Of a stretch of DNA of 43,894 nt, positions 36,182 through 43,894 are shown one piece after another. Position 1 is the stretch's first letter. Every line of letters begins with the position of its first letter. The DNA is from a virus (lineage: Duplodnaviria > Caudoviricetes): positions 1 to 43,894 of the IMG/VR virus record IMGVR_UViG_3300026085_000116, one strand, 5' to 3'. The notes beneath the pieces are model-generated. The model was not told the origin of the DNA. It worked only from the letters and a program-made list of their open reading frames with translations, and did no database searches. A program made the position numbers and the translations under genes.

Positions 36182-36783
36182 TAGTAAAATTTGCCAATAT
36201 AATCTACAAAGATAGAAGAACCTTGATTGTAGGTCATAAAGTCAATAATTACTGGATTTGATGCACTGTCAATTGTTATGTTATTTGTAAACACGTAAGG
36301 ATCACCTTCTGTACCTGCGCCAGTTTTATTTGGCCAACGTGCATTAAATTTAAGTGAACTACCTGCTTCTGTACCGATAGTTAGGATTCTATCTTCACCG
36401 TCGTTGATTAAAATTAATCTGATTTTTCCAACTTTACCTGATTCTGGCCAATCTGTAGTAGTTAAAGTAATATCACCTCCTACTGTGAATGTTTGTACAG
36501 GGCCAAGTGTAAAGTTAACGTCTTGAGAGTTACTTAATGTTCCGCCTGCGTTTAACTCTTCAGAAACATTTACAAGGTTTGCATTAGTAATATTATTACC
36601 TAAAAAGTTGTTTGCAGAATTTTTCTTAGCAGTATTATCTTGTAAATCCTCAATTTCGCTTTTAGCGGCTACAAAGTTATTTTTAATAATTCCAAAATTG
36701 TCTCTAAAACCCTGAGAATCGTTATCCTGTCCTGCGATAGGATATTCCGAGTTAATACTTACTTCATCAATGTTACTTGCCAT
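36181..36783 (-). CDS. Virion structural protein (tail/baseplate-associated)
   Basis: N-terminal YP.AGQDNDSQGFRDNF..IK.N plus coiled coil, beta-rich C-terminus; late promoter at 36803-36810. Confidence 0.6.
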   Translation of the reverse strand: MASNIDEVSINSEYPIAGQDNDSQGFRDNFGIIKNNFVAAKSEIEDLQDNTAKKNSANNFLGNNITNANLVNVSEELNAGGTLSNSQDVNFTLGPVQTFTVGGDITLTTTDWPESGKVGKIRLILINDGEDRILTIGTEAGSSLKFNARWPNKTGAGTEGDPYVFTNNITIDSASNPVIIDFMTYNQGSSIFVDYIGKFY

Positions 36784-36814
36784 TTTATGTCCTCTCTACT
36801 TTTATTTATCTGCT

Positions 36815-39361
36815 TTATATGTTGTACTCGTAATTTGCGAACAGAATATATTGTTCTTCACTTTTACCAGTTGTACTATCAACTATGTATCTATCAATAT
36901 CAAAATCAATAGTATTAAAGTCAAAGTTTTGATTCTTAATATTCAATAGAATTTGGTCCGCATTTCCTGCTTTACAGTAGGCTATTGGTATTGCTGTTAT
37001 ATAACCTAATTCTTGAATAGTATTTTCTTGTGCAGTACGCATCCAAAGTGGTAAAAAGTCACGTTCTGTAACACCAGTTTCTGCAATACGGTCACGCATA
37101 TTTTTAATATTTGAGATATACTTTTTGTCATGTGTATTTTGGCTAATCTGTACTGCATCGCTATCAACTTTTAATGTATTAGAAATTGGTCTAAATCTAT
37201 AAGGTTCTGCTTTACTAATTTCAAACTCTTGAATTGATACAACAGTTGAACCATTTCTAAGTATAATTCTAATGTTACCTACTGTAGGAAATACAACACG
37301 ACCACCTCTGGTAATGATTTCTAAATCGTTACCAATACTACGAACATCAATAGTAGGGGTACCAACACCCCTTACATCTAAACTAAATGAACTTTGTCCA
37401 CTTCCTAAGGCAGTATTATCATCTAATGATTCATATTGAATACTATCTACAGTAATTTTTTTGCCTTGTTTTGAAACATTAATACTTTTTGCAACATTAC
37501 CTTTAGATGGCATATATGGGTCAATTACTTCAACATAAATTACTTCATATACTGTATCGTTACTTCCTGGATTTTTAGCAACTGCTTTTTTTATTTCACC
37601 AATTTTATATTTTCTTCTTTTATGATTTTTAGCCGCCGCGGCAACATAGTTTCTGATATCTTGTGTAAGTATACCTGCATATGCTAACATCTTAACATCT
37701 TTTTGTACACCAAATTCTGGATCACCACTTCTATAAATTAAATCAGGTGGAAAAATATTTGGATCAGATATAAATGCTGTATATTCATCTCTCTTAACTT
37801 GACTTAAGAAAGGTCTCATATATAAGTTACTGTACAAATTATCATCTGGATCTAATACATCAATTGTAAACTCTTGTTCTACAGCACTGAATCCAAAACG
37901 ATCTTCTGCTTTTACAGTAAATTTAAATTCTCTATCAATAATTGTTTTAGCACCATCAAAGGTCATTGCTCCACTATCAAAGACAGTTAAGCCTGGAGCA
38001 GAAGAAGTTCCAAACTGATTAACTTTACCAATAATTTCTCCGCTAATATCTAATTGTAATCCTGGAGGTAAACTACCATTTACAACACTGTATATTAATC
38101 TTGAATCAGGTACTGTTGTTTGTGCTTTTATAGATAGTGTAGAAATAAAGTTTGCACTAATAGTTCCTAAGTTGCTTGGCGTAATAAACTTAATTGTAGA
38201 ATCAACTTCTCCGAGTATTTTAACTCTAAAGGTTTTTGTTTTACTTGCTAAAATTGTTTCAGGAACACCTCCGAAACGTGTTGCTTTAACTGTAAATTTA
38301 TATTCTTTTGTTACAGCAGGTTGATACGGAACACGCCCTGCAATTTCTCCAGTAGTACTATCTAATGACATACCTGGCGGAAGTTCACTTACAGTGTTAT
38401 CATCATTTAAATTTTCTAATGTATATACAAGTCTACCAGCAATAGTTTCTGTATCTAATACATCAAGGAAAAATGTTAGATAGTTATTTGCTCGTCTATA
38501 GCCAAGATTTTCTGGAGTTAACCATAGTGGTGTTCTTAAGTACGTATTGTCAGCAGTAAATAAACCGTTAGCAATTTGTAACTTTGTATTATCAGCACGT
38601 AAAAAATCGTCACCTACAAGATAAATTTTAAATTTACGTTTTGCAACAGTATCTCCATCTGATACACTTACAATAAATTCATAAAAACGATTTAACTTTC
38701 TTGGTTGTTTAGTTGGAATTCTGTCGTCATAAATTCTTGTATCATAAAAGAAACTATCAAAACCGTTTGCACTTCTTTCACCAAAATCAAAAGGAAACGT
38801 TCCGTAAACATTTGCATCATAGTGTCCGCTTCCTGCTCTTGTATCTAAAGCAAGTACAGGTTCTACAACACCAACAAGTCTACCATCTGTAGTTAATTGT
38901 ACACCTGGAGGTAATTCTCCTTCGTCATCTGCAATAAAATATTCTAATTCATCGCCTGCTGGTAAGTCTGGATCAATAGCAGAAAGTTGGAAATCGAGTA
39001 AAGTATTATCAAGAACAAAATACTTGTCGTTTGGATCTACAGGTAATAGTCCTTCTGGAGTAGTCCATACAGGTTCGTCAGCACCATCAATTATAATAGA
39101 AAATGTTCTATCTTCAATAGCGCCAGTACTGTCAGTTGCTCTTAGTACAAATTTAGATTCAGTAGGTCTTTGAACTTCGAAAGGTGTTCCTACAATGAAT
39201 AAACCGTCTAATCTTAAACCGCCTGGTAAACTTCCAGTAATGATCTTAACATCAGTAATGGTATTACTTGTTGTGTTTAACGGTAAAGCAAATCTGATAG
39301 TTGCATTTTCTGCAAATACACCCAGATTACTTCCTGTTTTTCTTGTCCAGATTGTAGCCAT
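36815..39361 (-). CDS. Ig-like repeat virion protein (baseplate wedge-like)
   Basis: Four repeats of LP(P/G)G..L...G.I.G....F.V.A; late promoter at 39382-39389. Confidence 0.7.
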   Translation of the reverse strand: MATIWTRKTGSNLGVFAENATIRFALPLNTTSNTITDVKIITGSLPGGLRLDGLFIVGTPFEVQRPTESKFVLRATDSTGAIEDRTFSIIIDGADEPVWTTPEGLLPVDPNDKYFVLDNTLLDFQLSAIDPDLPAGDELEYFIADDEGELPPGVQLTTDGRLVGVVEPVLALDTRAGSGHYDANVYGTFPFDFGERSANGFDSFFYDTRIYDDRIPTKQPRKLNRFYEFIVSVSDGDTVAKRKFKIYLVGDDFLRADNTKLQIANGLFTADNTYLRTPLWLTPENLGYRRANNYLTFFLDVLDTETIAGRLVYTLENLNDDNTVSELPPGMSLDSTTGEIAGRVPYQPAVTKEYKFTVKATRFGGVPETILASKTKTFRVKILGEVDSTIKFITPSNLGTISANFISTLSIKAQTTVPDSRLIYSVVNGSLPPGLQLDISGEIIGKVNQFGTSSAPGLTVFDSGAMTFDGAKTIIDREFKFTVKAEDRFGFSAVEQEFTIDVLDPDDNLYSNLYMRPFLSQVKRDEYTAFISDPNIFPPDLIYRSGDPEFGVQKDVKMLAYAGILTQDIRNYVAAAAKNHKRRKYKIGEIKKAVAKNPGSNDTVYEVIYVEVIDPYMPSKGNVAKSINVSKQGKKITVDSIQYESLDDNTALGSGQSSFSLDVRGVGTPTIDVRSIGNDLEIITRGGRVVFPTVGNIRIILRNGSTVVSIQEFEISKAEPYRFRPISNTLKVDSDAVQISQNTHDKKYISNIKNMRDRIAETGVTERDFLPLWMRTAQENTIQELGYITAIPIAYCKAGNADQILLNIKNQNFDFNTIDFDIDRYIVDSTTGKSEEQYILFANYEYNI

Positions 39362-39406
39362 TTTAATTCCTTATTCAGTAGTATTTATCGGAATCTTTGA
39401 CTATGC

Positions 39407-40072
39407 TTATAATGGATTTGTGATTGTTCCTACGTCGATTGACACAGTAGATGGTGATGGAATTGTACCTAAATCAACATCTGTCGAAGCACCTAAAAAT
39501 TCAATAATACTTGATGTCGAACCTGTAATTGTACTAAAGTTAAAACCGTATATATCACGTACATCAACATTGTATACTAAACTTTCAAGATTTCTAACAT
39601 TTATAATGTCATTGCCTTGGCCGTCTAAACGACCTCCTAATTGCGGAGTTGCATCTGTTGCTAATTCTGTTACAGAATTAATAGTAATTCCGTTAGCACC
39701 ACTTGTTTGTGTAGATGTATTAGTACCACCTGAGATAGTAAATGTATCGCCTTCTGCAAGTGTAATATTTCCACTATCTGTAGCAACAGTTAATTGTTGT
39801 AGTCCGCCAACACTTGAAATAATAACACCGTTTGAATCTGATGTTACTGTTACATTGCCGCCAGCAACAATCTTTTTAAACTGTAAATCAAATCCGGTTT
39901 TTTGTGCAAAGACTCCTTCACCTACAGTACCAAGATTTGATGCTGTTGTTTGTTCAGGATTACGAGCGTCGAGTTCTGCAAAGTTATTATTAACTTTTAC
40001 AAACGCTTCTCTTAGATCATCACCCGTTCCGTCATTTGCTACGCCGCCGATATTAACTGTTTGTATTGCCAT
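39407..40072 (-). CDS. Baseplate/tail fibre protein with a T4 gp9/gp10-like N-terminus
   Basis: VNIGGVANDGTGDDLREAFVKVNNNFAEL; D.TPQLGG.LD motif. Confidence 0.7.
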   Translation of the reverse strand: MAIQTVNIGGVANDGTGDDLREAFVKVNNNFAELDARNPEQTTASNLGTVGEGVFAQKTGFDLQFKKIVAGGNVTVTSDSNGVIISSVGGLQQLTVATDSGNITLAEGDTFTISGGTNTSTQTSGANGITINSVTELATDATPQLGGRLDGQGNDIINVRNLESLVYNVDVRDIYGFNFSTITGSTSSIIEFLGASTDVDLGTIPSPSTVSIDVGTITNPL

Positions 40073-40086
40073 ACTAATATTTATCC

Positions 40087-41766
40087 TTAACTATAATCAA
40101 ATGGTTTCTGCCCATTCATAGGAAAATATGCTACCCTGTTTGGTCCACCGTGTATTGTTGTGTTTACACCAAAATCATTGTTTAATCCTGTATCACGCAT
40201 ATTAGCAACTGAATTGTTTTCAAAATATGATTTTACTTGACCAGGAGTCCAATCTGGATGTGCTTGTAATAAACATCCAATCATTCCACACATTTGTGGC
40301 GCCGCCATTGATGTACCTGAATATTTTGCTTGCCGCCAATTACTATCATAAAAATAAGTTGATCCTGTACCATTTGGTTGGGCACTCATAATATATCGGC
40401 CAGCAGTATAAATGTTTACCATTGGACCAGATTGGCTGAATGATGTTTTATTATCTTTGTAAACAGTATTATCAAGAGTTGCAGAATTTTCTATAGCACC
40501 TACAAAAAATCCTTCATTAATATCACCTACTGGATTATCTTCCGGCGGTGTTGCTGAAGGACCCGAAAATACATTACCGCCTTCTACTGTAGATGGTGTT
40601 CCACCTCTGTGATAGTACATATAGTATGTTTGTCCTGAGAATGTAAATGCTATGTAATTGTCATAGTCTACACCACCCGGAACATCACATTTCATGCTAT
40701 CATTACCAGCGGCACAACATACATGAATTCCGTTGTTAATAAGTGTTTCAACATCTGCATCTTCTGATGCAAACTTTCTTGGAAATCCGTATAGTGTTCC
40801 GCCTTGATATTCACCATTAATACCATACTGTCTAAGATTTGTATATGTTGTGTCTGTATGGGTAGCACCTCTGTAACGGCCCCCGACAATGTCATATCCT
40901 GTGCCAGTACTTGAAAACTTAATTTGATTTGGTGTTGTGCTTGTATCTATATACCATACATAACCAAAACTCATATTAACTACTGTTGGTCTTCCGGTGT
41001 ATGCCGCATCGTTAATATCATTTTTCTTAGTGTGCCAAGAAGTTAAGATATCAACCATATCTGCCCAACCTATATTGTTGGCATTTGCATAAAGTGTAAA
41101 ATTATAAATGTCAGCATTCTTTGCCCAGCCAAAGTTTTTACCTGCCATTGTGCCAATACAGTGTGTGCCATGACCATTTGTGTCAGTGTAGAAGTTTGCA
41201 GGTTGTGTACCGGTTACTCCACTAATACTATACCAATCAACTTGTTTTAATCTTGATACACCGTTTGCATCTTCCCATTCAGGATGCCCAACTTGAATTC
41301 CTGTATCTACAATAACCATATCAACACCGGTACCATCTAAAACATAATCGTATGTTCCGCCTGGATCGTTTGTACTGTTTTGATAAACATTTGTTTGGTT
41401 TATGTGACGAAGTAAACCCCAATTGTCACGTTGGCCTGAACTGGTAGAATTTCTATCAAACACACCGTCTTGGAATGCTCTTGGTTGAATTTCTGGAATT
41501 AATTCTATAGCAAGAACATCAACGATTCTTGGGTCTTGTCTTAGTTTACGTGCTTCGTTTTCTGTTAAGTGGTAATGAGTGTTTCTTGAATTGTTAGGTC
41601 TTTCTTTACAACATTCGCAAACTCTATCAGGAACTATGTTTGAATCAACTGAATCGTCTGCTGAGGTATCATTAATTAATTCAGCATGAACATCTCTCCA
41701 GTTAACTCCTTTTTTAACTGTTACAATGTATTCTCTTTGTGAATCTAAATCTGTTATAAAATCCAT
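40087..41766 (-). CDS. S8 subtilisin-like serine protease
   Basis: Catalytic triad IVDTG, NGHGTHCIG and SGTSMAAP; oxyanion AAGN; N-terminal prodomain-like region. Confidence 0.92.
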   Translation of the reverse strand: MDFITDLDSQREYIVTVKKGVNWRDVHAELINDTSADDSVDSNIVPDRVCECCKERPNNSRNTHYHLTENEARKLRQDPRIVDVLAIELIPEIQPRAFQDGVFDRNSTSSGQRDNWGLLRHINQTNVYQNSTNDPGGTYDYVLDGTGVDMVIVDTGIQVGHPEWEDANGVSRLKQVDWYSISGVTGTQPANFYTDTNGHGTHCIGTMAGKNFGWAKNADIYNFTLYANANNIGWADMVDILTSWHTKKNDINDAAYTGRPTVVNMSFGYVWYIDTSTTPNQIKFSSTGTGYDIVGGRYRGATHTDTTYTNLRQYGINGEYQGGTLYGFPRKFASEDADVETLINNGIHVCCAAGNDSMKCDVPGGVDYDNYIAFTFSGQTYYMYYHRGGTPSTVEGGNVFSGPSATPPEDNPVGDINEGFFVGAIENSATLDNTVYKDNKTSFSQSGPMVNIYTAGRYIMSAQPNGTGSTYFYDSNWRQAKYSGTSMAAPQMCGMIGCLLQAHPDWTPGQVKSYFENNSVANMRDTGLNNDFGVNTTIHGGPNRVAYFPMNGQKPFDYS

Positions 41767-41773
41767 TTATACA

Positions 41774-43651
41774 TTAAGAGACAATGGCTCTGTCACTGAC
41801 TCTTCTCCAATTTGTTCCATCGTAGAAAGCAGGTATAGCGCCACCTGATTCGTCTGTACAAAATACCATAGCACCAACTGATGATACTAATGTGCTTAAA
41901 TCTGTAACTGTTTTGCTCACTAACTTCATAGGAGCATCATTAATGATTTCATCTACAGGATCAAGTGTAATAGTAGTTGGTGATGAAATTGTATATGTGC
42001 CTGTTAATGTTGCTGGTGGTGATATTGATGATGTAACTAAATTTACAACAGTTAAAGTATTTGTTGTACTATTATAAACAAAGTCAGCATCTCCACCAAA
42101 TGCACCAGCATTGTTAAACTGTACTTGAGTATCTGCACCACCTGGTGTTCCACTACCCCCTCCGCCTGTTGCGGCGAATGTAATTGTTTTTGTAGCATCA
42201 TCAGATGTTATTGCAATACCAGTACCGGCTGTAAAATTAAGATTTGTTGTTGTAGAATTTGCACTAACAGTATCTTCGATACCGCCTGTGATAACAATAC
42301 CAGTAAAAAGATTTTGATCTTGGTTTGGTGCAGTGTTTGTAATTGTAATTGTATCAGCAACGATAGTTGTACTAATACCTCCACTTCCTACAATATTAAA
42401 TGTGTCAGTTGCGGTGTTTGCAGTTGTTGTTCCTGTTTCTGCTGTAAAAGTTGCAAATAAATTTTGTGGTGCCGTGGCTGTATCTACATATGATTTGATA
42501 GCACTCTGAGTAACAAGTCTTGTTCCGCTGTTTGCAGTAAATGTAGAATCGTTGTCAATGTTGTTTACAGTAACAGCACTACCTGCAAAATTTAAACTTG
42601 ATGTAGAAGTAAGTGCGCCGCCAGTTAATGTATTTGTAAATGCAAAATTTCCTGAACCGTCAGTTTTTAAGAATTCATTAGCACTACCATCACTAATACC
42701 TAAGTCAGTTAATACTTCTGGCGAATCTGTAATACCATAACCTGCAAGTGTAGTTGGTTTACTTTGTATGTTACTAAACAAAGGTTCATTAGTTGCATTG
42801 CCCCAAGAAATACCATCATACATTAAAACCTCACCTGCTGTTAGTGAAGTTAAAGAAATATCATTTAAATCTGTAATAGCATATGTTGGTTTGTTAGTAA
42901 TATTGTTCCAATCTAAGTAGTGCGTTCCGTCAAATCCATCAAGTGTATCTGCGTTTAATCCACTACCACCTGTTGCAATATCATCACCTGGAACCCATCT
43001 TAAACCATTCCATTTTAAAACTTGACCTGTTGATGGAGGTGTTGTTTGAGTATCAACATCAATCATATCACTGATGTCATTTGGTATTGACGGTTTATTA
43101 CTTAAATCATTGTAACTTCCAGAAGTTGCCACAGTTGCAAGACTTGGTCTTCCTGTAACTTCTGTATATGCTATTGCACTGTTTACCCAAGCAGTTCCGT
43201 TGTATTTTAAATATTGTGAATTTGCTGGAGCAGTAAGTGTAACATCTGTTAGTCCGTCAAGTGCAGTTGCGCCACCGCCACCGCCACCTGAACCAACACC
43301 AGTTGCTTCAATAGTAAGAGTATTTGCACCGTCATTATAAGTTAAATTAATACCTACACCAGCAACAAGAAAATTTGCAATCCTATCGTCAACACGTTCG
43401 TCTGTAAGATATTTTTTAGTACCTTCTACAATATCGTCTGTAGTAGATGGAATAGTTGGAGCACCTATTAAGTCAGCATACTGCCCACTAAAAGGATTGT
43501 ATGGCACTCCTGCGATTGTTAAACTTGTCGCGGCAATGTTACCGGCCCCTACAATACCTGAGCCAGTTAAGTTAAGATTATCACCGATGGGTAATTCTTT
43601 TAATTTGTTACCGTCATCTACGTCTACAATTAGTGGTATTCTATCTGCCAT
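41774..43651 (-). CDS. Tail fibre protein
   Basis: G/T/S-rich; repeated L.DV, GQVLKWNG..W and Y.DL.NKP motifs; GGADTQVQFN; C-terminal PAFYDGTNWRR; late promoter at 43671-43678. Confidence 0.75.
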   Translation of the reverse strand: MADRIPLIVDVDDGNKLKELPIGDNLNLTGSGIVGAGNIAATSLTIAGVPYNPFSGQYADLIGAPTIPSTTDDIVEGTKKYLTDERVDDRIANFLVAGVGINLTYNDGANTLTIEATGVGSGGGGGGATALDGLTDVTLTAPANSQYLKYNGTAWVNSAIAYTEVTGRPSLATVATSGSYNDLSNKPSIPNDISDMIDVDTQTTPPSTGQVLKWNGLRWVPGDDIATGGSGLNADTLDGFDGTHYLDWNNITNKPTYAITDLNDISLTSLTAGEVLMYDGISWGNATNEPLFSNIQSKPTTLAGYGITDSPEVLTDLGISDGSANEFLKTDGSGNFAFTNTLTGGALTSTSSLNFAGSAVTVNNIDNDSTFTANSGTRLVTQSAIKSYVDTATAPQNLFATFTAETGTTTANTATDTFNIVGSGGISTTIVADTITITNTAPNQDQNLFTGIVITGGIEDTVSANSTTTNLNFTAGTGIAITSDDATKTITFAATGGGGSGTPGGADTQVQFNNAGAFGGDADFVYNSTTNTLTVVNLVTSSISPPATLTGTYTISSPTTITLDPVDEIINDAPMKLVSKTVTDLSTLVSSVGAMVFCTDESGGAIPAFYDGTNWRRVSDRAIVS

Positions 43652-43673
43652 TATGTTTTCCTATATACTGTAT

Positions 43674-43894
43674 TTATCCACGCCTACGTGTTCTTACACG
43701 GGGATACATTAATCCGCTTGTAGGACGAGTGTTTACGTCTTTGTTGTATGTATTAAACGCCATATTACCTGATGTCGCTCTGTGATTCTTCCACAGTGCT
43801 ATTCTATCAATGTCAGAAGCATCAAGGCTTACTCGTGTGTCGGTATCAACTAAGAGAGCATTTTGTTTTGGTGCTGAACTCTTGTATGGGTGAT
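43674..43894 (-). CDS. C-terminal end of an upstream late protein (partial)
   Basis: Open frame ...HPYKSSAP...NTRPTSGLMYPRVRTRRRG-stop running in from the window edge. Confidence 0.55.
   Translation of the reverse strand, partial: HPYKSSAPKQNALLVDTDTRVSLDASDIDRIALWKNHRATSGNMAFNTYNKDVNTRPTSGLMYPRVRTRRRG

Noticed and set aside
39195-40121. 308-aa plus-strand ORF
   Set aside because: It is an antisense shadow of the gp9/gp10-like and Ig-repeat genes, has no recognisable motif, and is explained by codon bias on the coding strand.
41774-43651. Repeats in the tail fibre as a diversity-generating or DNA repeat system
   Set aside because: The repeats are degenerate at protein level only and typical of fibres; no template/variable repeat pair or reverse transcriptase was seen.
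2735-43712. Numerous short plus-strand and nested alternative-frame ORFs in the ORF track
   Set aside because: They lie within well-supported minus-strand genes and lack recognisable motifs; only phoH is supported on the plus strand.
1-43894. Stop-codon reassignment, tRNA genes, CRISPR array or mobile elements
   Set aside because: Genes end normally in TAA, TAG and TGA with tight packing; the intergenic gaps are short and show no cloverleaf, repeat-spacer pattern or transposase by eye.

Overview
This is an AT-rich, gene-dense segment of a large T4-superfamily (myovirus-like) bacteriophage genome. It is probably aquatic, and an FdxA-type ferredoxin weakly suggests an alphaproteobacterial host. 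Nearly all genes are on the minus strand; phoH is the only clear plus-strand gene. From left to right: (i) 1-8.2 kb, a putative DNA base-modification region with a purine PRTase, 2OG-Fe(II) oxygenase, cupins, GT-B glycosyltransferase, QueD-like T-fold protein, a possible cluster-less QueE-like protein, a TGT/DpdA-like transglycosylase, a sliding clamp, an NDP-sugar epimerase and an MBD4-like glycosylase; (ii) 8.2-13.7 kb, exonuclease, family B DNA polymerase and a DsbA-like protein; (iii) 13.7-19.6 kb, late genes sharing a capsid-targeting-like N-terminus, likely internal head proteins; (iv) clpA-def-dnaJ; (v) a lysis cassette; (vi) phoH, dCMP deaminase, thyX, parvulin, ferredoxin, a sulfotransferase/APS-kinase/nucleotidyltransferase trio, clamp loader, TagD-like, MazG-like, GroES and a stand-alone DnaE fragment; (vii) tail/baseplate genes including an S8 protease. 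Two promoter classes are visible: sigma70-type TTGACA-N17-TATAAT and T4-late-like (G/T)ATAAATA, several positioned to give leaderless mRNAs. The best candidate for an undescribed system is a non-canonical, possibly replisome-tethered and glycosylated, 7-deazaguanine-type DNA modification pathway. All functional calls come from motif recognition by eye; no database searches were run. No tRNA, rRNA, CRISPR array or mobile element was seen.
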